Source: Pseudomonadota bacterium
GTDB taxonomy: Bacteria; Myxococcota_A; Polyangia; Fen-1088
Assembly: GCA_031407985.1 (NCBI GenBank)
Contig: JANOJB010000060.1
Span: forward strand, 5,713 to 69,712
Reading direction: 5' to 3'
Length of the DNA: 64,000 nt
Position 1 is the first letter of the stretch. The number at the start of each line of letters is the position of its first letter. The notes beneath the pieces were generated by a model. The model was not told the DNA's origin. It did not search any database and saw only the letters and a list, made by a program, of their open reading frames with translations. The position numbers and the translations under genes were made by a program. Positions 57,309-64,000 of this stretch are shown piece after piece.

Positions 57309-58348
57309 GTATCAAGCGCCGCGCATTGGGCCGCGGGTTGGCCGCGCTGATTCCCGCCGCCGCGGGTCCGACCTCCGCCTCTGAAACGCTGCCGGGGGAC
57401 GCGACCGAGGCATCCCCTTCGCGAGCAGCCTCCACTCCGATGGGGGGTCGGCCGTTGGGTGAGGCGCGGGAGGGATTGCGCGTGGTTGGCATCGAGGAGG
57501 TTCACCCTGCCCGGTCGCAACCCCGGAAGACCTTCGACGACGCGAAGTTGGACGAACTGGCGGCATCGATTCGCACGCAAGGGCTGATCCAGCCTTTGGT
57601 CGTGCGTGTACGCGAGACCGGCGGCTACGAGATCATCGCCGGCGAACGCCGCTGGCGCGCGGCCCAACGCGCGGGCCTGCACACGATATCGATCGTCGTG
57701 CGCGAAATCGCGAATGCCCGTGCGTTCGAACTGGCGATGGTTGAGAACCTGCAACGCGAGGATCTGAATCCCATCGAGGAAGCCGAGGGCTTCGACCGAC
57801 TGATTCGCGAATTCGGGTACACCCAGGAATCCCTGGCGGCGCGCGTCGGCAAGGATCGGACGACCGTAACCAACGCCATTCGCCTGCTGAAACTGCCCGC
57901 GGGCGTGCGCTCTCTGGTGATTGCCGGCCGCCTGTCAATGGGACATGCCCGGGCCATTCTGGGACTCGAATCATTGACGGCGACCCCGTCATCGCCGGGA
58001 GAGTCAACAAGATCGTCGGAAGGATCGGCGCCAGGATTGCCGACCGGATTGACCACGGACATCAGAGACCGGATGGAGCGACTTGGCCGTGTGGCCGCGA
58101 CGCGCGACATGTCCGTACGTCAGGTCGAGGCGTTGGTGCGTCGCGAAAAATCCGGTGCGATAGGGACACCGGCCCCGGCTGAGCCCGCGAACTCCACCGT
58201 CTCGGGGCGCGATCTGGCGACCCGGCTGTCGCGGGCGTTGGGAACACGGGTCCGCGTGGTGGAATCCGGCGCGGGGCGTGGATACATTGAGGTCCACTAT
58301 GCCTCGCTTGATCAGCTTGACGGCCTGCTCGCGAAGATACTGACATGA
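57305..58348 (+). CDS. parB: Chromosome partitioning protein ParB/Spo0J
   Basis: RRALGRGLAALI at the N-terminus, IIAGERRWRAAQRAG (CTP-binding box) and ENLQREDLNPIEEA. ATGA overlap with parA. A ~35-aa Ser/Pro-rich insert follows the HTH region. Confidence 0.92.
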   Translation: MSIKRRALGRGLAALIPAAAGPTSASETLPGDATEASPSRAASTPMGGRPLGEAREGLRVVGIEEVHPARSQPRKTFDDAKLDELAASIRTQGLIQPLVVRVRETGGYEIIAGERRWRAAQRAGLHTISIVVREIANARAFELAMVENLQREDLNPIEEAEGFDRLIREFGYTQESLAARVGKDRTTVTNAIRLLKLPAGVRSLVIAGRLSMGHARAILGLESLTATPSSPGESTRSSEGSAPGLPTGLTTDIRDRMERLGRVAATRDMSVRQVEALVRREKSGAIGTPAPAEPANSTVSGRDLATRLSRALGTRVRVVESGAGRGYIEVHYASLDQLDGLLAKILT

Positions 58349-59124
58349 CCGGGGAACATCTCCTGCGTCCTGCCGAGGCCCCGTCCCGTGCGCGCGCGGA
58401 ATCAAGAGCGTCGCTGGAACTCAGGTACCGATCCGTGGGCGCATTCCTTTGCGCTTATTCCTCCCGCTTGTCGCGCGGCGAGCTGTTCCTTGAGGCCGAG
58501 AAACCCCTGTCGCCAGGAACTCGAACCACCCTGCGCCTGTTGGTACCGGGAGCCGCGCCGCTGGATGTCGAGGGAGTCGTCTCGTGGAACCGCATCATCG
58601 GCATCGGCCCCGGCCAGCCCTCCGGTATGGGAATCGCACTTTCGTCGTCTATTGAGGCCCATGGGTCGATCATCGACGAGCTTGCTGGTCGCTACGCAAG
58701 AATACGCATCCTGGTCGTTGGAGCCGCGCCCACTTCCCGCGCGGTCACCAGTCGCTATCTGCGATCGATCCTCGCCTGCGACGTGATTGAGGTAGTGCCA
58801 CAACCGGCGGGCCCCGGGGCGTCCCCCGACGCGGGCTCCGGGCTTGGAGCAGAGATCGACAAGGAAATCGCCGTCGGCCTCGACCTTTGCACCATCGACC
58901 TGGATTCCGATCGGGTGGCGGGCGAAACCATCATTCGACGGATGAAGACAGGCAACGCGACATCCGATCTGCCGATCATCGCGATGGCGCAGTTTGAACG
59001 GGAACGTGCCAGTGCCGCGGCCCTGGGTGCGGACGAGGTTCTGACGACTCCCCCGTTGTTTTCCGAACTGAAGACCGCCGTGATTCACACGTTGTCGCAG
59101 CCCAGCGTCTGGGTGATCCGCTAG
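58345..59124 (+). CDS. PilZ-like domain + atypical receiver-like domain protein
   Basis: N-terminal PilZ-like region with RAESR but a degenerate second motif (RLSRGE). The C-terminal CheY-like fold (IRILVVGAAP..DLCTIDLDSD..PIIAMAQ) lacks the DD pocket. ATGA overlap with parB. Confidence 0.72.
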   Translation: MTGEHLLRPAEAPSRARAESRASLELRYRSVGAFLCAYSSRLSRGELFLEAEKPLSPGTRTTLRLLVPGAAPLDVEGVVSWNRIIGIGPGQPSGMGIALSSSIEAHGSIIDELAGRYARIRILVVGAAPTSRAVTSRYLRSILACDVIEVVPQPAGPGASPDAGSGLGAEIDKEIAVGLDLCTIDLDSDRVAGETIIRRMKTGNATSDLPIIAMAQFERERASAAALGADEVLTTPPLFSELKTAVIHTLSQPSVWVIR

Positions 59125-59130
59125 CCCCAA

Positions 59131-59976
59131 TTACAAACGGCGGGCGGACGCCAGTGTGTTCGAAAGCAGCATAGCGATCGTCATCGGCCCCACCCCACCT
59201 GGAACCGGGGTGATGGCCCGGGCGCGCAGCGCGGCCGCGGCAAACTCCACATCGCCCACCAGTTTGCCGTCATCTCCGCGGTTCATCCCCACGTCGATGA
59301 CCGTGGCGCCTGGTTTGATCCAGGCACCTTTGACCATTTGCGCTCGCCCGATCGCGGCGACAACAACGTCCGCCCGGCCCACCTTTTCAGGCAGATCTCG
59401 TGACCGCGAGTGGCAGATCGTCACCGTGGCGTCGGCCGATATCAGCAGCGCCGCCATCGGCTTGCCCACAATGTTCGACCGCCCGATGACAACCACGTCG
59501 GCCCCCGCAAGCGGCGTATGTGACTCATCGAGTAGGCGCATGACCCCCAACGGCGTACAAGCTACGAAGCGTGGCTCGCCCATCAACAAACGTCCCAGGT
59601 TGTCGGGATGAAACCCGTCGACATCTTTTTCGGGATCGATGGCCAACAAAATCCTGCGCGCATCAATCCCGGGGGGGAGCGGCAACTGGACCAGAATACC
59701 GTGAACCTCCGGATCGCGGTTCAATTGCTCGACCAGCGCCAGGAGGTTCTTCTCGGTCACGGTCGCGGGCAAACGGTGATCGAAGGTGCGAAAACCGACT
59801 TCGGCGCAGGCGGCGGTCTTGTTTCGCACGTAGACCTGCGAAGCCGCATTGTCCCCGGCCAGGACAACCGCCAGGCCCGGACGAATACCACGGGTTCCCA
59901 ACTGGGCCACCTCTGCCGTCAAATCGGCGCGAATCCGTGCCGCGATCTGCTTCCCGTCGATGATTTCGGCCGCCAT
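59131..59976 (-). CDS. folD: Bifunctional methylenetetrahydrofolate dehydrogenase/cyclohydrolase
   Basis: [40 protein letters not shown] and [14 protein letters not shown] at 59976. Confidence 0.93.
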   Translation of the reverse strand: MAAEIIDGKQIAARIRADLTAEVAQLGTRGIRPGLAVVLAGDNAASQVYVRNKTAACAEVGFRTFDHRLPATVTEKNLLALVEQLNRDPEVHGILVQLPLPPGIDARRILLAIDPEKDVDGFHPDNLGRLLMGEPRFVACTPLGVMRLLDESHTPLAGADVVVIGRSNIVGKPMAALLISADATVTICHSRSRDLPEKVGRADVVVAAIGRAQMVKGAWIKPGATVIDVGMNRGDDGKLVGDVEFAAAALRARAITPVPGGVGPMTIAMLLSNTLASARRL

Positions 59977-60055
59977 CCGTCTCGATATATCACGAGGCGC
60001 CCGATGCACGCGGAGATGGCCGCAACAGATCTTGCCGGTTGCCGATGCCTCGGTC

Positions 60056-61729
60056 GTGCTCGTCCAAAAACCCAACATTCCTACCATCGTCACGATCCTG
60101 ACCACCTCGATGCTGGCCCTTCCATTTGCTCCTTCCACGTCGGCCGTTGCGGCGGTTCCAGACGTTGCGGACGTTGCTGCCGCGGGCCCCGCGCCGGGCG
60201 TTCCAGCCGCTGCACCCGCGCCAGGCGTTTCAGCCGGTTCACATGGGCCAGGCGTTTCAAGCGTTCCCGTCACTGTGAGCGCCCCGGTTGGTCGGGCCAT
60301 GGTCGTCGTGCCGTTCCCGGCATCAATGCAGGTTCTGGCCGCGTCCCATGTCGGCATCGTGTCCTTGGTGGACGGTGTGCCGCGGGTGTTCGACCAACTT
60401 GGACGGCCGGTTCGAACCATCCCACCCCCCTCCCACACACACGAACGGGGACAGGCTCGGGCCGTCGGGCTCTCCGGGCCATCAGCGCCCCTTGTGCTGC
60501 CCGGTACGACCGCCGATTCAGGTTGGGTAGTGCCGTACGATCCAGACGACGTCGACTACCGAGACGACCCGCGTTTGGCCGATGAGGTTGGCGCGACCCG
60601 CAGATCTCGATCCCAAGATCGAAGCAAATCCGCCCCCGCGTCTGCTCCGGTGCGTGGTTTGGTCGTCGCGGGGGGCGGATACGCATGGATGGTCCGCGCT
60701 GACGGTCTGTGGAGGATTGATCTGGAGAATGGCGCCGCCGCTCGCGCGCTTGCTTCGACAGGCAACGGCATGCGCGCGGTGGCCGTCAGCCCTGACGGGG
60801 GCACGGTGGCCGCTGTCAACGCCACCGAACTGCTGCGATCGCGGGACGGCGGCACCACGTTCGATGTCCTAGGTTCGATCCCGACGGCCCCCGCGGCGGT
60901 CGCGGCCACGCGGACGGGCAACCTGTTCATTGTTGATCACTATGGCGTTCGCATGGTCCGCTCTGATCGCATCGAGATGGAACGCGTCGAGCTTCCAGGG
61001 GCACGCGACGTGGCCCCGTGTGCGGATGAAGCGATCGTCTTGGCGAACGGCGCGGTGTACACGATCTCGGATGCATCGATCTCGTTGCCGGTGAGGCCGA
61101 TAGCAACCGCTCCGCCCGGCGCGGACCGGATTGCATGCCCACCGGCCGGTTCGCCGTGGTTCGCCTGGGGATTCGGACTGTGGACCAGCAACGATCGCGG
61201 GCGGTCATGGACGCCCCGGTCCGACCTTCCATCCGTGCCGATTCTGGACGTTGCGGTGACCAGCTTCACCGTCTGGATCGCGACCACTTCCGGCCTTGTC
61301 GGCCTGCCAATCGCTGGCTCGACGACGACGTTGGATCAATCGGCCGGGCACCGGCATTCATCATCGCCAACGTCGGCACCACCACCACCGCAAGGATTCG
61401 CGGACGCGACGTCCTTGCCGCTGCCTCGGCAGTGGTGGCGCACCGCCCTACCTCGAATCGACGTGTCTGTCACAAGCAGTCACGCGACCAGCACATCCGG
61501 TCAAACGACCGCGCGACGGGAGTTCTGCGCCTGGATTGTGGCGACGTTCACTCTTGATCGGCGCCAGCCCATCCCGCATCCGTCTGACGACGCCCGGGAG
61601 AACTCTCAGCGACGGGCCGTCCGCGAACAGACACGGGCCCTCCTGGCGGCCACCCCTTTCGTCCCGAACGATCCGCTCGCCGACGAGGAGCGGCGAGAGC
61701 TGGCCCGAATCCTAGAGGAGAAACCATGA
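60056..61729 (+). CDS. Secreted BNR/Ycf48-like beta-propeller protein (start uncertain)
   Basis: BNR-like SxDxGxT(F/W) motifs ([16 protein letters not shown]) and repeated strand-rich segments. The N-terminus is low-complexity Ala/Pro/Val. GTG 60056 was chosen to avoid overlap with folD; ATG 60110 is also possible. Confidence 0.55.
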   Translation: MLVQKPNIPTIVTILTTSMLALPFAPSTSAVAAVPDVADVAAAGPAPGVPAAAPAPGVSAGSHGPGVSSVPVTVSAPVGRAMVVVPFPASMQVLAASHVGIVSLVDGVPRVFDQLGRPVRTIPPPSHTHERGQARAVGLSGPSAPLVLPGTTADSGWVVPYDPDDVDYRDDPRLADEVGATRRSRSQDRSKSAPASAPVRGLVVAGGGYAWMVRADGLWRIDLENGAAARALASTGNGMRAVAVSPDGGTVAAVNATELLRSRDGGTTFDVLGSIPTAPAAVAATRTGNLFIVDHYGVRMVRSDRIEMERVELPGARDVAPCADEAIVLANGAVYTISDASISLPVRPIATAPPGADRIACPPAGSPWFAWGFGLWTSNDRGRSWTPRSDLPSVPILDVAVTSFTVWIATTSGLVGLPIAGSTTTLDQSAGHRHSSSPTSAPPPPQGFADATSLPLPRQWWRTALPRIDVSVTSSHATSTSGQTTARREFCAWIVATFTLDRRQPIPHPSDDARENSQRRAVREQTRALLAATPFVPNDPLADEERRELARILEEKP

Positions 61730-62424
61730 CCACCGTCTTTCCCTGTAAGCGATCGATTGTATTGTTGGCTGGCCTTCTGGCGATATCAGCACCGCTGCAA
61801 AGTCATGCCAACGAGGCTGAATCGCCTGCCCCCATCCACGTTCCACCTGCCGGCAGCGCCGCTTCGGCGCACGCCCCCCGCATCGCAGACACCCCGGTCG
61901 ATGTGATCTGCAAAGCGGCGGTGGCAATGGCCCTGGCCGATCCGGAACGGGCACGCGGGTTTGTGAAACGCGCGCGCTTGGCGGGGTGGCTCCCCGAGGT
62001 TTCCTTCCGCGTTTATCGCCGGTTCGCCCGAACCGAGGGTCTGTCCTTCGACGACCCAGGCACGGGGACGGGAACGGTTGCCCCCGTGGACATCAGCGCC
62101 ATCGATGACGTCAGATACGAGTGGCGGGCAACGTGGGACCTGTCTAGGATGGTATTCAATCCCGACGAATTGCAGGCGCATCACGAGGCCCTTCGCATGT
62201 CAGACGTCAGACGCGACATTCAGTCTTTGGTCATCCGCCTCTACTTTGAGCGGCGCCGCCTCGTGTCCGAGGAACGGCGGACGGGCGTCCCCGTGACCGA
62301 CCTGGCCGGCGGCGAACGACGCTTCCTGCGGATTTCGGAAATTGAGGCGCAGCTTGACGCTTTGTCCGACGGGTCCTTCTCGCAGGGGTCATCCACGCGA
62401 CCCGAGGCGGCGCAAGCACCGTGA
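61726..62424 (+). CDS. Secreted hypothetical protein
   Basis: Signal peptide (IVLLAGLLAISAPLQSHA). No family recognised. ATGA overlap with the upstream gene. Confidence 0.6.
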   Translation: MTTVFPCKRSIVLLAGLLAISAPLQSHANEAESPAPIHVPPAGSAASAHAPRIADTPVDVICKAAVAMALADPERARGFVKRARLAGWLPEVSFRVYRRFARTEGLSFDDPGTGTGTVAPVDISAIDDVRYEWRATWDLSRMVFNPDELQAHHEALRMSDVRRDIQSLVIRLYFERRRLVSEERRTGVPVTDLAGGERRFLRISEIEAQLDALSDGSFSQGSSTRPEAAQAP

Positions 62425-62849
62425 GGGCGCGTCGCGACTCGCGACGCGAGCAGCGTCGGTCGGTCGAGGTCAATGCGACGATTTCGGTCGCCGGCCGGAA
62501 CGTGGTCGCGCGCACCCGCGACATGTCGCGCTCGGGCATCTGCCTGGTCACCGAAACCGAAATTCCCCGGGACACGGAGCTACAGATCAAGCTGGTCCTT
62601 TCGCTAGGCACCGACACGATGTCCGAGCCCCTGCTGGTCACCGGGCGATCCATCTGGTGTACGCCCATGTTCGGCAAGTATCAGATCGGCGCCATGTTTG
62701 TGCAGTTGGACGCGGAACGACACCGCTTCCTGGATCTCTTCATGCGTTTTGTCGATGGAGACGTCAATCCCGTCGGCCACGAACCCGCATCCGACATTCC
62801 CGAACGCAAGGAGCGTCTGGAAGACAAGGACGATCCGTTCCGCCCCTAG
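62421..62849 (+). CDS. PilZ domain protein (canonical c-di-GMP motifs)
   Basis: RREQR (RxxxR) and DMSRSG (DxSxxG) are both present. GTGA overlap with the upstream gene. Confidence 0.78.
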   Translation: MRARRDSRREQRRSVEVNATISVAGRNVVARTRDMSRSGICLVTETEIPRDTELQIKLVLSLGTDTMSEPLLVTGRSIWCTPMFGKYQIGAMFVQLDAERHRFLDLFMRFVDGDVNPVGHEPASDIPERKERLEDKDDPFRP

Positions 62850-62888
62850 CGCCGCCACCCCTGAACCGGCCGACGCCCAGGAGATCCC

Positions 62889-63272
62889 ATGACAACAGCC
62901 GCAACCCCACGTCCGCAAGATCGACGACGGCAGTACACGCGGGTCCTCTTGCGGATGTCCGCCGAAATTCACCTCGGGGACACGTCGTTCACCGCCACGA
63001 CTCGGGATCTCTCGGAGGGCGGTTGTGGACTGGAGCTCAAGCAGCTGTTGCCCGAAGGCGCCGAAATCACCCTCGGTCTGTTCTTGGTCGTGGATGATGT
63101 CGAAGAGGAAAGAAACCCTCCCCTGTGGGTCAAGGGACGGATCGCCTGGGCAGGGGAACTCGACGAAGGCGGATTCATCGCTGGCATTCGTTTCGAAGTG
63201 ATCACCGAGCAGCAGAAGAAATGGATCGGCCAGGTTCTGTCGCACCTGACCCCGGGATCGCCCCTGCGCTAG
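62889..63272 (+). CDS. PilZ domain protein (canonical c-di-GMP motifs)
   Basis: RQYTR (RxxxR) and DLSEGG (DxSxxG) are both present. Confidence 0.78.
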   Translation: MTTAATPRPQDRRRQYTRVLLRMSAEIHLGDTSFTATTRDLSEGGCGLELKQLLPEGAEITLGLFLVVDDVEEERNPPLWVKGRIAWAGELDEGGFIAGIRFEVITEQQKKWIGQVLSHLTPGSPLR

Positions 63273-63279
63273 TTGGACT

Positions 63280-64000
63280 TCAAGCGCCCGCGATGACCTG
63301 TTCGGCGACGCGCAAACCATCCAATGCCGCGCTGACGATCCCTCCCGCGTAGCCGGCCCCTTCACCCGCGGGAAACAGCCCCGACGCTCCGGGTGATTCC
63401 AGGGTCACGTCGTCCCGCACCAGGCGAACGGGAGAGCTGGTTCGCGTCTCCGCCGCAATCAGTAGCGCGTCGGGATGCAGAAAACGCCGCATCTTTTGCC
63501 CCACCCCGCGCAGACCTTCGCGCAGCGCCTGAACCACGAAAGGCGGAAACACATCGTCCATCGATGCCGCACACAAACCGGGTCTGTAGCTCGACTGGCC
63601 AAGCGCTGTGCTGGTCCGACCGGCCAGAAAGTCCTCAAGACGTTGTGCCGGTGCCACGAACCCGCCCCCGCCCAAGCGGAACGCCGCCTGTTCAATCTCG
63701 CGCTGAAACGTCACGCCCGCCAGGTGACCCTTGGCGTCCGGCCCGAAATCTCCCACGTCCACGGCGACCACGAAACCAGAGTTCGCGTATGGAGAGTCCC
63801 GCCTGGACAAGCTCATGCCGTTGACCACAACCCCATCCGGTTCGGTCGCGGTGGGAACGATCCAGCCCCCGGGACACATACAGAAACTGTAGACGCCCCG
63901 ATCCGCACCCCGCGACGCCAGGTCGTAGTATGCCGGTGGCAACCCGGGATGCCCCGCCGCGGAGCCGTACTGGATCTCGTCTATCAATGCCTGCGGATGC
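63280..64000 (-). CDS. FAD-dependent oxidoreductase (COG2509-like), 3' part; gene continues past window end
   Basis: MCPGGWIVP, FPAGEGAGYAGGIVSAALDG and the C-terminal LRVAEQV are typical of this uncharacterised FAD-dependent dehydrogenase family. The reading frame is open to position 64000. Confidence 0.72.
   Translation of the reverse strand, partial: HPQALIDEIQYGSAAGHPGLPPAYYDLASRGADRGVYSFCMCPGGWIVPTATEPDGVVVNGMSLSRRDSPYANSGFVVAVDVGDFGPDAKGHLAGVTFQREIEQAAFRLGGGGFVAPAQRLEDFLAGRTSTALGQSSYRPGLCAASMDDVFPPFVVQALREGLRGVGQKMRRFLHPDALLIAAETRTSSPVRLVRDDVTLESPGASGLFPAGEGAGYAGGIVSAALDGLRVAEQVIAGA

Noticed and set aside
59849-60055. 5' part of track ORF 59849..61729 overlapping folD
   Set aside because: The folD start at 59976 is well supported ([12 protein letters not shown]). 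The upstream part of the plus-strand ORF is antisense to it, so the start was moved downstream, though it remains uncertain.

Overview
High-GC (roughly two-thirds G+C by eye), densely coding chromosomal segment. There is no rRNA, CRISPR array, transposase, integrase or phage gene. The domain repertoire points to a Myxococcota-like genome, by inference only. It includes many FHA, Hanks-kinase, PP2C, PilZ, DUF4388, HEAT and vWA proteins, and an MJ0042-type zinc finger fused to GYF and an AgmX/TonB-like tail. About 55 CDS and one tRNA-Cys are supported. Recognisable housekeeping genes are lepB, lepA, lysC, cutA, recG, plant-type gshA, pyrE, ltaE, purA, hisZ, a serA-like gene, an ABC-F ATPase, parA, parB and folD. 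Between them lie signalling and envelope modules. Many long ORFs in the six-frame track are antisense or out-of-frame shadows of real genes, as expected at this GC content, and several track ORFs carry spurious N-terminal extensions. I trimmed starts where a signal peptide or lipobox, an RBS, or a 4-nt ATGA/GTGA overlap supported it. No canonical defence or mobile system is visible. The best candidates for something undescribed are listed below.
1. An FHA domain fused to a CpaF/VirB11-like secretion ATPase in which every catalytic motif has been replaced. It sits in a phospho-Thr signalling neighbourhood.
2. A 9-unit, 13-bp AT-rich tandem array running from the 3' end of one gene to the start of the next.
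3. A membrane-anchored protein made of three Cys7-His repeats, sitting upstream of a FadL-like porin and an M16 peptidase pair.
4. An RHH-FHA fusion translationally coupled into a HEAT / recG / sulfatase-HEAT chain.
5. A degenerate PilZ-receiver protein start-stop coupled to parB, plus a propeller / secreted / PilZ / PilZ operon.
All family assignments come from motif recognition by eye and need HMM or BLAST confirmation.
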